Shown: positions 15,626 to 40,208 of the stretch, piece after piece
Layout of the letters: each line of letters starts with the position of its first letter
Numbering within the stretch: position 1 is the stretch's first letter
Source: the human T2T-CHM13v2.0 reference genome, Homo sapiens
Reading direction: 5' to 3' (one strand)
DNA: 64,000 nucleotides
Assembly: GCF_009914755.1 (NCBI RefSeq)
Contig: NC_060931.1
Notes under the pieces: model-generated
The model's database searches: none
Told to the model about the DNA's origin: nothing
What the model saw: the letters and a program-made list of their open reading frames with translations, nothing else
Program-made: the position numbers and the translations under genes

Positions 15626-16452
15626 CTAATATCCCATTAGGTTAAGTTCTGTTTAGCTACAAATGAATGAAGACCTCTTTGTGGTTACTGTCTTACTACA
15701 TACTTCATTAGAAATAAGTAGAGAGACAAGCAGACTAGTTTATTTAACTCTGGTCAGTGTAGGGAGGGCAGTGGCTAAATAATATTTAGCATACAGTAAG
15801 TCCTTCTAGTAAATGCTTGTGAATAAAAATTTAAATAGAAATGAACTCTTAACACTTTTTAAAGGCCTAGGTACATTATATGCTCTTACCTAAAGTATTT
15901 AGACAAACACACGCGTAAGATATTAGCTGGTTTGCATATTTCATTGTATAGATCTACCAGTCCATTATTTCATGATATAAAGAAATTAAGAAAAAGTTTT
16001 GTGGAACATATTTGAATGACCAACTTTTAATTCACGATGTAGATATTTCACCTGTTTATTCATTAAATCTTCATTTTTAACAATAAAAAATTTGCAAAGC
16101 CTCTGTATTTTTATATCTTTTAGTTATACACTAATTCTAAAAGCATGAACTAAATTTTTCAACATTAACTGCTTTACACACTCTACGTAGGAAAAATTCA
16201 GACAGAGTTCTTCTGATGTCTGAATAATAAGATATTGACTTATTTTTCTGGAGAATTTTATTCTAAATATTAATTACTAAAATGTGTAAAAATTTTGTTT
16301 ACTGAATATATGTCTAGGAGATTCCAGATTAAACATCTAGACAAAATAACAATTAGCCAGGAATTTTAAAATAGCAATAAAAATGTTTTGTAAACCAATA
16401 CAGCAAAGCTTCTTGACATCAAATGATAAAATAACTTAAAACTTTGAAATTA

Positions 16453-16584
<132 letters not shown>

Positions 16585-16744
16585 TTAAAAATAAAAAAAT
16601 GCATTTATTTTAAGAAATCATAATGGGTAACACGTAACCTTGAAAAGTTATTTAAAATTTAAATAAAAATTTTAGACATCTAACCATCAAACAATAGAAT
16701 TATTAATTAAATGGAAATACAAAGATGATTCAAATTATGTCTTA

Positions 16745-16952
16745 TGTTCAAGTAGTCAGTCATTCTTCTTCTCTGCCACATAATAGCTGGTGTAACCTTG
16801 GGCATGTTGCTTAGCCATTCAGGGCCTTTGTTCTTCATATGAAAAATGGTGATAACATTGCAGGATAATTATGAGGATTAAACAAATTAATAAAAGTCTT
16901 GGGACAATGCCTGAAATACAATAAACTCAATGAATGTTAGCTATTATTATTA
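16745..16952 (+). mobile_element. MIR
   Basis: gtaaccttgggcatgttgcttagcc...gaaaaatggtgataa...atgaggattaaa...aatgttagctattattat. Confidence 0.8.
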
Positions 16953-17320
16953 CATAAATTATTACTCTCATCATCATTTTTTAAATACGGAGGGCAATTT
17001 GTGTGACTATAACAAAATGATAGACAAAAGCCTGCTTACAACATGCTTGTTAGGATAACTAACAAGAAATAATTCACTATTACAAAAGAGAATGGCTGAA
17101 GCCTAGATATAGTTTTAAAAAAACTCAAAGGAATTGCTACTACTCAGTTTAGCATGATACTTTCAACTTTGAATATATGTTTTAAAAAGTAAGCACTATA
17201 AAGAAAAGACAAATATTAATTAAAGTATCATTTGTTAAAGAAAGACAAAGAACTTTAACACTGTTAAAATAGAATCACACTCTTAGAAATTTTGCCAAAT
17301 ACTTTAAGATACATCCACAT

Positions 17321-17403
17321 GTGTGGTATACAATATAATACTGCCAATATTCTACTATTTTTGCAGCCAGAAATGCCAACTTCATATGGTTCAAAGTAAT
17401 ATT
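17321..17403. mobile_element. MADE2-like (Hsmar2 MITE), degenerate
   Basis: Right end aaatgccaacttcatatggttcaa resembles the MADE2 TIR; ~80 bp long. Confidence 0.55.
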
Positions 17404-17406
17404 TTA

Positions 17407-17742
<336 letters not shown>

Positions 17743-18933
17743 CTAATGTTAAAATATTGCTACAGTCCCAAAAATAAAATTATAATTTTGGACAAGTGAA
17801 CAAAATGACCAATGAAAAATACTGATTTGTGACTTTTATACCTGTGTACACTTCCATTTTCATTAATTGTTCCTTTTTAAAATAAGTCTTATGGTTGTAA
17901 ATTTACTCAAGAACTGTTAATCATAAACAAGGCAAATCAAATCATTGTTGATTTCTTATGCAACGATCAGAAAATACATTCAGATTCCTAAGATTTTATG
18001 TATTATGTCTTGCATATCTTAGTTTAAAGTAGATGCTTTTCATCATGTTAAGGAAGTATAATATACCACATTAACAGAATGAAGGACTAAAACCACATGG
18101 TCGTCTCAATTAATGCAGAAAAAGCATTAAACAAAATTTAACACCATCTGATGATAAAAACACTCAACAAACTAGGACTCGAAGGAAATTACATCAACAT
18201 AATAAGGGCCACATAAGAAAAATCTGCAGCTAACATCCTACTCCATGGTGCGAAACAGAAAGCTTTCCCTCTAAGATCAGGAACAAGGCCAGGATGCCCA
18301 CTCTTACCACTTCTATACAATATAGTACTAGGAGTCCTGCCAGAAGGACCAAGCAAGAAAAAGAAATAAAAAGCATCCAAATTGGAATGGAAGAAGTAAA
18401 ATTATATCTGTTTCTAGATGATATGATCTTGTATGTAGATAATCCTAGACTCCTCAAAAAGGCCTGTTAAAATAATAACTGAATTCAGCCAAGTTGTAGC
18501 CTACAAAATCAACACATAAAAATTAGTGTGTTTCTACAAACTAACAATGAAATAGCCAGAAAAAAATGAAGAAAACTACCCTACTTTTATAACAGTATCC
18601 AAAAGAATACTTAAGAATAAACTTATTCAAGAAGGTAAAAAACTTGTATACTGAAAACTACACGATATGGTTGAAAGAAATTAAAGAAGACACAAGTAAA
18701 TGGAAAGCATACTGTGTTATGGGTTGGAAGACCTAATAATGTTAAAATGTCCATACTCCCCAAATGATCTGCAGATTCTCAAAATCTCAATGGCATTTTT
18801 GCAGAAATAAAAAAATACTAAAATTAATAGAGAATCTCCAGGGATCCCAAATATCCAAATATCTTTCTTGAGGGAAAAAACAAACAAACAAAGCTAGAGG
18901 CCTCAGACTTCCTGACTTCAAGACATATTACAG

Positions 18934-19060
18934 AGCCAGGTGCAGTGGAACACACCTGTAGTCTCAGCTACTTGGAGGATGAGGTGGGAGAATTGCTTGA
19001 GCCTAGGTGTTTGCAGCCAGCCTGGGCAACAAAGGGAGATCCTATCTCTAAAAACCCAAA
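18934..19060 (+). mobile_element. FLAM Alu monomer nested in L1
   Basis: gccaggtgcagtggaacacacctgtagtctcagctac...cagcctgggcaac. Confidence 0.8.
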
Positions 19061-20122
19061 TAAAACCCATCCAAATGGAAAAAACCATATTACCAAGCTT
19101 CAGGAATCAAAACAGTATGGTACCAGCATAAAGACAGACATAGGGACCAATGGAGTAGAGAGACAAAAAAATAAACGATCAAGTATACAGTCATACAATC
19201 TTGAACAAGGGTGCCAAGGCTACACAATAGGAAAAGGACAGTCTCTTCAATAAATGCTGCTGGGAAAACTGGATATACGCATGCAAAAGAATAAAGTTGA
19301 AACTTTACCTCATACCATGTATAAAAACTAACTCAAAATGGATTAAGGACCTAAACCTAAGACCTGAAATTATAACTCCTAGAAAAAAAACATAGGAGAA
19401 AAGCTCTGTGACACTGGATTTGGCAATAATTCTTGTATAGGACACCATGAACACAGGCAACAAAAGCAGAAATAGACAAACTGGACTATACCTAACTTGA
19501 GATTTTCTGTGCAGGAAAGGAAACAATCAATAGAGTAAAAAGGCAACCTACAGAATGGGGGAAAACATTTGCTAACCATATATCTAATAAGGAGTTAATA
19601 TTCAGAATATATAAATGGCTCTGACAATTCAACAATTAAAAAAACAAATACCATGATTAAAAAACAGGCAAAGGACTTGAGTAGACACTTCTCCAAAGCA
19701 AATAAATAAATGGCTGGCCAACAAGCACATGAAAAGATGCTCAATATCACTAATTATCATGGAAATGCAAATCAAAACCATACTGAGATGTCATCTCACA
19801 TCCATTAGGATGGCTACTATAAAAAACTGGTAAATAACAAGTCTCAGCGAGGATGTGGAGAAACTGGAAATTTTGTGCACTGTTGGTAGAAATGTAAAAT
19901 AGTGTAGCCACTATGGAAAACATTAGGGAGGTTGCTCAAAATTACCATATGATCCAGCAATTCCACTTCTGGGTATATAAGTAAAAGAGCTGAAAGCAGG
20001 ATCTTGAAGATTTATTTGAATACTCATGTTTACTGCAGCATTATTCATAAAAGCCAAGAGATGATAACAACCCAAATGTCTATCAAAGAATGAATGGATA
20101 AAGAAAATGTAGTATATTCATT

Positions 20123-20451
20123 CAGTCATGCATTTCTGAATGATAGGAATGTGCCTGAGAAATGCCTCAGGCAATTCTGTCATTGTGCAAAAATCACAGA
20201 ATGTACTTACACAAACCTAGAAGGGATAGCCTACTACACAAGCAGGCTTTATGTGATAGCCTATCACTCCTGGGCTACAAACTTGTACATGTCATTGTAA
20301 TGAATACTGTAGGTAATTGTAACACAATAGTACATTTGTGTATCTAAACATCAAAAAGACACAGCAAATATACAGTACTACAGTCTTATGAGGCCACAGT
20401 TGTATGTGCAGCCTGTCATTGACTGAAATGTCATTATGTGGTGTATGACTG
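20123..20451. mobile_element. Tigger3a (MER7A) non-autonomous DNA transposon
   Basis: Termini cagtcatgc ... gtatgactg; internal tgtacttacacaaacctag...gcctactacac. Confidence 0.85.
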
Positions 20452-20764
20452 TACTTACAATAGAACACTCTTCAGTCTTAAAAAAGAAAGAAATCCTATC
20501 ATATGCTACAATATGAATGAACCTTGAAGATGTTACACTAAGTGAAACAAGCCAGTCACAAAAAGATAAATGCTGCAAGATTCTACTTATATGAAGTAGC
20601 TAAAATAGTCAAACTCTTAGAAGCAGAAAGAATAATGGTAATTGCCAAGAGATGGGGGACAGGGAAAATGAATTAGTTACTTCCCTTATTTAAAAAAGTT
20701 ATTCTAATACACATTTTAGTACAATTATCATAGCCTGAGATTCTTTCCCCCATAAAACTCTTAA

Positions 20765-21261
<497 letters not shown>

Positions 21262-21647
21262 TAAATTAACAGCTAGAGGCAGCTACTAAAGAGATGTACT
21301 AAGAAGGACACATAGCTGTTGGAACAAGAAAGGATGTGAAAAGTCCTTGGGAGACATAAAGAGATATAAAGTAGATTCAGAGGGAATGGGAAAGTATAGA
21401 AGATAATAATAAAAAGGTGGATTTGGGGTAAGATAGTATGTTAAAGCAATGATTTTCTATATCTATATACCCATCTATTTATACAGATATGTATATGCTG
21501 TGTATGTATGATGTATCCCTATATATACACATATATAATAGTATATGTACATATACTATACTATATAATAGTAAATCTATATCTCCTACCAAAATATAAA
21601 AAGATAGAATGTTAATTTTAATTATCAAACGGTAGTCAGAAATGTTA

Positions 21648-21952
<305 letters not shown>

Positions 21953-22669
21953 TTTTATTGTCAAAACTACATCACATAAATATAATTTCCTGCATAAAGA
22001 AAATATGAAGCTATATAAAAATCACTGTGCTTGTTTCAAGTCAAGTCAGCCTGTTACATATTTGCTTCTAAACATTTTGAAACAAAATTAATTGAACTAC
22101 ATTTTGAATAATTCAGGTAGATTTGAACTGGAAGGATATTTGACAATGATCTATTTATAACTGACTCCCAGTATGTCTTACATTAAGTTAAATGGAATCA
22201 CGTTATCAGATCAATTCAGGGAAACATTTGTAATTTAAAGTATCTTTCTGACCTTGTTTCTTGGTTATAAATACAAACAGTATAATTCTAACTTTAAGAA
22301 ACAATGAAATTTGGACTTTTGGCTGAGGCCACATAAGCTGATAATAAAACTAAACAGACACATATTATTACATATAAATAGAACAAAAGTAAAATATACA
22401 AAAATGTCAGAACTTTTTAAAGATAAATCTATTATTTAGAATTATGGCTTGGCCTTTGCTTTAGCCATTGATTTCAACATAATTAAATGTATACAGAGAA
22501 ACTTAGAATAATTAATACTTAAACAAAACAGCTTTCAAAGCATATATTCTTTAGTTTTTCTCTTTATAACACCAAATTGACCATGGATTTCCTGGCTCAA
22601 ATATATTTGACAGCTTCTTACTGCACATTGAATAAGGTCCAAATTTTCATGCTAACTTTATTGTGCTGA

Positions 22670-23029
<360 letters not shown>

Positions 23030-23232
23030 GGTACACAGAGATGTGAAAAAGTGTTTTCTATCCTCTGAATAAAAAGTGAGCATTCAGCAAAGAGGGAGGA
23101 CATAAGAATGGAAAGTAAGACAAGGATCAGATCAAGGTATGTCTACATTCATCATAGATATAATAGTGAACCGCTTGAGAGTTTTAATAAGATAATACCA
23201 TGATCAAGCTGTGCTATAAGAAAATCATTCTG

Positions 23233-23519
23233 GGCTGGGCACGGTGGCTCACGCCTGTAATCCCAGCACTTTGGGAGGCCGAGATCACGAGGTCAGGAGA
23301 TCGGGACCATCCTGGCTACCATTATGAAACACCATCTCTACTAAAAATACAAAAAAATTAGCCAGGCGTGGTGGCGGGTGCCTATAGTCCCAGCTACTCA
23401 GGAGGCTGAGGCAGGAGAATGGCGTGAACCCGGGAGGCGGAGCTTGCAGTGAGCCGAGATCACAGCACTGCACTCCAGACTGGGCGACAGAGCAAGACTC
23501 CATCTCAAAAAAAAAGAAA
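23233..23519 (+). mobile_element. AluY with ~8-nt internal deletion
   Basis: ggaggccgagatcacgagg lacks the ggcgggcg segment; TSD aagaaaatca(t/c)tctg. Confidence 0.95.
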
Positions 23520-23879
23520 AAGAAAATCACTCTGATAATAATGTGGAAGATGAATAGTGTGCGGGGTGTTATCAAGTCTACAGGCAAAAAGATCAGTTAG
23601 GAATTTACTGAAAAAATCTAGGCAAAAGGTACCTTTCTATGGCCAGAGTAGTAGAGTAAGAGTGGGCAGCAGGAAAACTGATACAACTTGATGGGCCAGA
23701 AGATGTATTTATTAATAACTAGGACTAAATATATTTATGAAGAACTAGGAGGATGAAGATTATGCAACCAAAATAGAATTTAAGAAGAAGCAGCAGGTGG
23801 GCAAAGAAAGATGTGCTCTTTTAAACTTATGCTTCTGGAACCTGTGGGGCATCCAAGTGGAGATGACCCTGCTTGCCTC

Positions 23880-24186
23880 TTTTTTTTTTTTTTTTTTTGA
23901 GATGGAGTCCCACTCTGTTACCCAGGCTGGAGTACAGTGGCACGATCTCGGCTCACTGCAGCCTCTGCCTCCAGGGTCCAAATGATAAATGATTCCCGTG
24001 CCTCAGCCTCCTGAGTAGCTGGGATTACAGGCACCTGCTACCACGCCCAGATAATTTTTGTATTTTTAGTAGAGATGCGGTTTCGCCATGTTGGCCAGGA
24101 TGGTCTCGAACTCCTGACCTCATGTGATCGCCCGCCTTGGCCTCTGAAAGTACTGGGATTACAGGCATGAGCCACCACACCTGGCC
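23880..24186 (-). mobile_element. AluS
   Basis: Full antisense Alu with T tail. Confidence 0.95.
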
Positions 24187-26079
24187 ACTGACTGCTTTTC
24201 AGCAAGATCTATGCTAAAAAAATAGATTTAAGTGTTATCAGCATTTAGAGGTGGTAGAAACTATTAGCCTGTGCGAGCTTTTCCATATATTGCATGTGGC
24301 ATGGGAAGAAAACAATGTTGAGGGTGGGCCACAGGGAATAAATCAATTAAAAGTTGGTGGAAGAAATGATTCAGAGTGGAGAGAGAGGAGTGGGTGGAGA
24401 TGATTATAAAATAAAGATTGAGCATAAGTTAATAATCACTGAAACTGGATGGCAGGTACATAGGTATTCACTGTCCTATACTTGGGTTCTATAGTTTGGT
24501 ATATGTTTGAAATTTTATAAATATTTTAAAAGGAAGGGGATGAAGAGGAGGAGGAATCAATAAAGGAATTCTGAAGAGTGGGAATACCTGAGGGAGGAGA
24601 GATTTAAGAAGAAGTGGTCAATCACCTCAGAGGAGTGAAGTAAACATGGTCTGAGAAGTGGGCAGAAGGATTTGGCATCTGGGTCACTAAGGTGCACTGA
24701 CCAACAAGGTTTCAGTAGAGTGAAACCTTGACATCAAGGGTGTGGGGCAAAAGAGAAGCAGGGAAGTAGAGATACCAGGTAGCTTACTGAAACCTGAGTG
24801 TGAAGGAAAAAAGTGTTTAGAAGAAAATAAAGGACTCAGGTTTCTGTTGTTTTAAAAAAATATTTAGATGGTAAAACACTGAAAAGAAGGAAGGAGGAAA
24901 GAAGTTGATACCGGAGAAAACCAAGACGGGATGATGTGGAATCAAAAAACAAAAGTGAAAACTAAGCCTGAAAAAGAAGCAGACACCTTTGAGGCAAAAG
25001 GGGGAGGTAAGGATAAGCAATACAATTTTTTTGGTCCTTGATAAATTGTTTCTAAGTCAGTGTGCTTACTAAGAGGAAGTCAGAGAGAAGCAGAGGGAGC
25101 TAAATTAAGATCAAAGGAAGTACAGTGTAAAAAACTTAGCAAAAGGTCTATGCCAGAGATCTCTGCGGATAAATCATGTTGTGAATAAGGAAGCCTGCCG
25201 ATTTGATCAAAGAAATCAAGAATATATTAATTTTAAATTAGTTCTTAATCATTTTCTGGATTCAAAGCAGAGGGATCCTGGCAAAGCAAATAAAATAAGG
25301 CAAATAAAAATTTCTCTTTGTTGAAAAATAGCCTTCGAGGGGAAACATTTTGCTGTCTCATTACAAAGAAGAAAGCTATGGAAATTAAATAGGAACTTCA
25401 AGATGAACACCACAGAGCAAAGTAAGAAACCCTATACATGTACAACCCTATACACACACTACAGAGCAAAATAAGAAACCCAAAGAATTTCCAATAAAAT
25501 CAAAATATTAGCTTTTACATGTACACTGTTCAGAGAGAAAAAAATATTTATAATGCAATCAACTTTTTGTTTTATAAAATAAGAGCTTAGATTAATGAGG
25601 CAGTCAAAGATAGTGAAAAGTAGTCAGATTTTAAATACATTTTGAAGGTAGAACAGATAGCATTTATTAAAATAAATACAGATAAACACAAAGACTTTTT
25701 ACAAAATAGTAACAGGTGTTGTCTCTGGATGAAAGGATTAAATATGATGTTTCTATTATTCTTTTAAATTTTTTGGAGGAGCAATAGAGATAATCTAAAT
25801 GTTAATGCTAACTAGAACAGTAAATTCTGGATGTAAAAATTTCAATACTAACATACATAGAGTAAAAAGTAAAAGTTCCTCTTTAAACCCAAATGCCTAA
25901 TGCCTAATCTCATACTTACCTAGAGATCACTGTCAAATAATGGTGTTAAAGGTTGATTAATAAGGTTTAGTTTCTCCCTAATAAGAGAAACTAAGAAAGA
26001 AAAATGAGAACTATTTTCTCTCTCTTGGGGTCAATATTGCCCCCAGTTAAGAATGCATGGTTTACTAGTATTTTGAAAA

Positions 26080-26402
26080 TTCCTGCAATCCCAGCACTAG
26101 GTATATATCCAAAGGAAAGGAAATCAGTATGTCAAAGAGGTATCTTCATTCTCATGTTTACTGCAGCACTGGTCAAGCTACGGAATCAACCTAAGTATCT
26201 ACAGAGAAACGGATTAAGAAAATGTGGTATATCCACACTATAGAATACTATTCAGCCATAAAAAGAATGAAATCCTGTCATTCAAGGTAACATGAATGAG
26301 GCTGGAGGACATTATGTTAAGTAAGATAAGCCAGGAACAAAAAGATAAATGCTGCATGTTTCCACTCATAAGCAGAAGCTAAAGAAGTTGATCTTACAGA
26401 AG
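26080..26402 (+). mobile_element. L1MA 3' UTR fragment
   Basis: gcaatcccagcactaggtatatatccaaaggaaaggaaatcagtatgtc. Confidence 0.85.
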
Positions 26403-26404
26403 TG

Positions 26405-28720
<2,316 letters not shown>

Positions 28721-28821
28721 AAATCAATTTATGAGTTCACAACATTCCTCAATTAAAGTCACTGACAGGGTTTTTGAATTGTAATTTTAAACAAAATGAT
28801 GTACAGCAGGTTCTCAAATAA

Positions 28822-29985
28822 CCCAGGCTACCGCTACTACCACAGCAGTCACTCACTTGCATATGCCACCTGTGGGCCTGGGGAATGACCCAGCCAGCTC
28901 ATTGCAGCCACAGCCAAGACCAGTGCAGACCGCCTGGGAGCCAGAAGGACAAATATCCAGAACATAGAAAGAACTCAGTCAATTCAACAGTAAGAAACAA
29001 ATAATCCCATTAAAAAGTGGGCAAAGGACTGGAATAGACATTTCTCAAGAGAAGACATACAAATGGACAAGAGGTACATTAAAAAATTGTCAACATCACT
29101 AATCATCAGGGAAATGCAAATCAAAACCACAACGAGATATGACCTTACCCCAGTTAGAATGACTACTATTAAAAAAACAAAAAATAACACATACTGGTGA
29201 GGATGCAGGGAAAAAGGAACACTTACGCATTGTTGGTGGAAAGGTAAATTAGTGTAGCCACTATGGAAAATAGTACAGAGATTTCTCAAAAAACTAAAAA
29301 GAGAACTATCATATACTTCAGCAATCACATTACTGGGTATTTATCTAAAGAAAAGGATATAGTGTATCAAAGGGGTTTATATTTATTGTACCACTATTTG
29401 CAAAAGCGAAGATATGAAATCAACCTAAGCGTCCATTGAAGGATGAATGGATAAAGAAAACATGACACATATACACAATGGAATACTACTTGGCCACAAA
29501 AAGAGAATGAAATCTGGACATCTGCAGCAATGCTGATGGAACTGCAAGTCATTAAGTGAAACAGGCCAAGCACAGAAAGACAAAAGATTGCACATTTTTA
29601 CTCATATATGGCATATATGGGAGCTTAAAATTTTGATCTCATGGAGGGAGAGAGAAGAAGGATAGATATCAAAGAGGCTGGGAAGGGGTGTGTGTTTTGG
29701 GTGGGGGAGAAAGTGGGGGTTGGTAAATGGCTAAAAACATACAGTTAGAAGAAATAAGTTCTAATGTTCAATAGCAGAGTAAGGTGGCTATAGTTAACAA
29801 CAATGTATTTTTTATTACAAAATAGCTTGAAGACAGGACTTGAGATGTTCCCACATGGAAATAGGTACCTGAGGAGATGAATACCCTAAATACCCTAACT
29901 TGATCATTACATTCTATGCATGAAAGAAAATATCATAAGTACCCCATGAATATGTACAGAAATTATGTATCAATTTTTAAAAACA
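28822..29985 (+). mobile_element. L1MA-type 5' UTR-like piece joined to ORF2 end and 3' UTR
   Basis: GC-rich cttgcatatgccacctgtgggcctgggga then aatatccagaac...gaatagacatttctc...tatgtatcaatt. Confidence 0.8.
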
Positions 29986-30149
29986 GGATCAAAACCAGTA
30001 TCCTCAGAATTGAGAGGTATTCCACTTCAGCATTAAAGCTGCATAATGTTACCATAATGCACTGAACAATGGGCTGCCATCAACAAAAACCCACATTTTT
30101 GTCCACAACTACATTTTTCTTCAATAAAAGGAAATCAATTTTTGTGCTG

Positions 30150-30895
30150 AAGAAATCTCAATGGCATTTTTAGTAGAAATAAGAAAAAAAAATCCTAAAA
30201 TTCACATGAAGTCTCAAGGACCTCAAATATCTTTTTTGAGAAGGAAAACAAAACTAGTGGTCTCATACATTCTGACTTCAAAATATATTACAAAGCTTCC
30301 ATAATCAAAACAGTATGGTACCGGTATGAAACAAGACATATAGGCCAATGACATAGAATAGATAGCCCAGAAATAAACCCTCAAGTACATGGCCATATGA
30401 TCTTTGACAAGTACACCAAGGCTACAAAATGGGGAAAGAATAGCCTCTTCAATAAATGCTACTGGGAAAACTAGATATACATACACATGCAAAGGAAAGA
30501 AGCTGAATTCTTACCTTATACCATACATAAAAATTAACTTAAAAGATTAGACTTAAACATAAGACCTAAAGCTATAGCTCCTAGACCAAAATAAGGAAAA
30601 GCTCCATGACACTGGATTTGGCAATTACTTATATATGATACCAAAAGCAAAAATAAACAAATTACACTACATCAAACTTGAAGATTTCTATGCAGTAGAG
30701 GAAACAACAGAGAGTAAAAGCAACCTACAGAATGGGATAAAATATTTGCTAGCCATATAATGGACAATAAGTTAATATCTAGAATATATAGTAACAGCCA
30801 AAAATAACGTGATTTAAAATAGACAAAAGACTTTAATAGATTTTTCTCCAAAGATGATATTAAAATGGCTAACAAGCATAAGAACAGATACTCAA
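30150..30895 (+). mobile_element. L1MB-type ORF2 fragment
   Basis: ctgacttcaaaatatattacaaagc...cagtatggtaccgg...ctccatgacactggatttggcaat. Confidence 0.85.
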
Positions 30896-35437
<4,542 letters not shown>

Positions 35438-35750
35438 GGCCAGGCATAGTGGTTCATGCCTGCAATCCCAGTACTTTGGGATGCTAAGGCTGGCAGATTG
35501 CTTGAGCTCAGGTGTTTGAGACCAGCCTGGGCAACATGGCAAAACCCTATCTCTATAAAAAATACAAAAATTAGTCAGGTGTGGTGGCTCATGCCTGCAG
35601 TCCCAGCTACTTGGGAAGCCGAGGCTAGAGGATCAGTTAAGCCTGGGAGGCAGAGATTGCAGCGAGCTGACGTCGCACCACTGCACTCCCACGTAGAAGA
35701 CAGAGGGAGACCCTGTCTCAAAACAAAAAACAAAAAAACCCAAAAACACA
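35438..35750 (+). mobile_element. AluJ
   Basis: gattgcttgagctcagg; diverged dimer. Confidence 0.92.
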
Positions 35751-37515
<1,765 letters not shown>

Positions 37516-37800
37516 TACTGTATTATTCAATTTATATAAGGTATCTAAAGTAGTCGGGCACTTAGAAAGTAGAGTAGTGTTCGCCAGGGGAAAGTAAGGG
37601 GTAGGGAAATGGGAGGTGGTGTTCAATGGATACAGAATTTCAGTTTTGTAAGATGAAAAAGATCTAGAGATCTGTTGCACAACCGAGAGCATCAGAGAAC
37701 ATATAGGTAATACTATTTTTGTACTGTACACTTAGACTTAAGTTGATAAGTTTTAAGTAATGTAATTCTTAAACTAATTCTTTTATCACAATTAAAAAAT
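37516..37800 (+). mobile_element. L1MA/MB 3' end fragment
   Basis: gttcaatggatacagaatttcagttttgtaagatgaaaaagatctagagatctgttgcacaac. Confidence 0.8.
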
Positions 37801-38735
37801 AAACACAAGAAATCACATGAATTAGGTTGGAGTGAAACTATTTATATGCCCACCTAAGAGTATGTCAAATTTATATTGGATTACTAAAAATAAACAAACA
37901 AACCATATTTCATTTCAGCATATTTTGCTATTTGAGCAAGCAGCCTAATCTGGTATTACTTTGCTTTGTATCAGAAAATCAGAATATACATTATATACAA
38001 TTTTGTACAGCTTAAGTATAATACTCATGCATTAATTATATAACAGAACCAATAATATCTTTCACTTTTACTTAAAAAAAGTAGTTTTAGTATCGGCAAA
38101 TTCCTTATGTAAACTAATTGATGCTGTATAGAATTTTGAGGAAGTGAAAAATTCATAACTGATTGCTAGAAAAGCCTATTACTCTGACAGAATCTTCCAT
38201 TTTCTACAGTTTCTAAATACATTTTTATACATCAAGAACAAACATATTATGGAAACATTTCTTTAGGCCTTCCCATTATAAGTTTTCTTTCTTCAGATAA
38301 TTTAATATTTTATCATTTAAAACTACTGAAGGATATTTTCTGTTAATATTTCCATGGAATATTAAAATAAGTCTTGTGAAGGGTTCCTTGAGGGAAACAA
38401 CTGTGACTGGAAAGGAAACAAGGGGGGAAAGCAGCTTTTGGAAGGCAAGGATAGGTCACTTTGTTCAACTTTGTGTCCCACTGCCTAGGCAAAACTTGTT
38501 CAAGAAAATTTTGTAAAACATTCACTTCATTATTAGATATTACTTTTCTCTATGGGTCATACGGTGATTTTTTTTAAAGTCTAAGCATTCCCTAGGAAAT
38601 AAAGAGAAAAACCAAACGAGAAAATAATTGGAGCCAACTTTAAAGACAATGAACTGTTCACACTTTCATCTAACTTCTACCCATATGTGTCTGCTCACTG
38701 CAGGTTTTCTAACACCACATAAACAGGAGGATATT

Positions 38736-38935
38736 TTTTTTCTTTTTTTTTATTATTATACTTTAAGTTCTAGGGTACATGTGCACAATCTGCAGGTTTG
38801 TTACATATGTATACATGTGCCATGTTGGTGTGCTGCACCCATTAACTTGTCATTTACATTAGGTATATCTCCTAATGCTATCCCTCCCCACTCCCCCTAC
38901 CCCACAACATGCCCTGGTGTGTGATGCTCCCCATC
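38736..38935 (-). mobile_element. Very short L1PA (PA5-like) 3' end insertion
   Basis: ttattatactttaagttctagggtacatgtgcac...; perfect 14-bp TSD aacaggaggatatt at 38722 and 38936. Confidence 0.95.
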
Positions 38936-39574
38936 AACAGGAGGATATTAACCCATTTGTGTGAAAAGGTAAAACCGTTTAAATATTCAGCAAGTTTCTA
39001 ACTTTAAGATTGAGAAAGTGTTCACCATTTCAATTTTGATGAAAAATGATTGGTATATCATAATGTACTAGAATATTCTAGAAATTTTCACATATATTAT
39101 ATACCCAAGCAATGATTGCATCAAAGAGAGAGAGACAAACAGAAAGTTATTCTGATTATAAATAAGTTGATTCACTCAAACAACTAAAGAGTTTGGGGAG
39201 AACTTTCCTCCATCCCACCTGACATTCTTTCAAATGTTGTTAAAAAGAGGTATTACGTATGATCCTAATCAGGAAAAAACTGTTATACTTTGGGTTGTGT
39301 TCGTGTCCAGGACTTTATAACTCAAGTATGTGATATACAGGATTAAAAGTTTATAGGTAAATAATTACCACTGGGGAGGGGGATGAGAGAGAGAGAATGA
39401 ATCAGTATAAAAGTTAGACACAAAGCAAGAAGATATCACCCTTAAATAGAATTATAGGCATTCATAGATTATTTTGATTTTACATGTAGCTTTCTATAGA
39501 TTTTGATAGGTCTGCAATTTGTTCAAATGTGAAGATAAACAATAGAAATGAATTGCTCTCAAATATATGAACTC

Positions 39575-39775
39575 TGTAACAATAATACATTATATAGTTT
39601 TGAATAGCTAGAAGGAGGATAGTGAATGTTCCCAACACAAAGAAATGATAAATGTTTGAGATGGATATGTGAATTACCCTGATTTGATCACTACACATTA
39701 TATGTATCACATCACTATGTACTCTATAAATAGTACAATTGTTATGTGTTCATTAAAAACATTTTAAAACTTAAA
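39575..39775 (+). mobile_element. L1MA 3' end fragment
   Basis: aatagctagaaggaggatagtgaatgttcccaacacaaagaaatgataaatgtttgag. Confidence 0.85.
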
Positions 39776-39883
39776 AAAATTTTAACATGTATTTGAATTC
39801 TATTATTTCTTATTCTTCTTTTACTATGCTGGGTCAGTCCTCCAGTACAATGCAGAAAATAAGCAAGGATAAAGGGCATCGAA

Positions 39884-40208
<325 letters not shown>

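Larger units (their letters stand above)
18060..20680 (+). mobile_element. L1MB-type ORF2 (RT to C-terminus) and 3' UTR, with nested FLAM and Tigger3a
   Basis: gaaagctttccctctaagatcaggaacaaggccaggatgcccactct; decayed FADDM motif tttctagatgatatgatc; typical 3' UTR. Confidence 0.9.
23030..24800 (-). mobile_element. L2 fragments (interrupted by Alus)
   Basis: Purine-rich antisense L2 motifs, e.g. ctgtggggcatccaagtggagatg and ggatttggcatctgggtcact. Confidence 0.55.

Noticed and set aside
21470-21575. 22-bp palindrome atagtatatgtacatatactat
   Set aside because: Lies in a TA-rich low-complexity tract where self-complementarity is expected.
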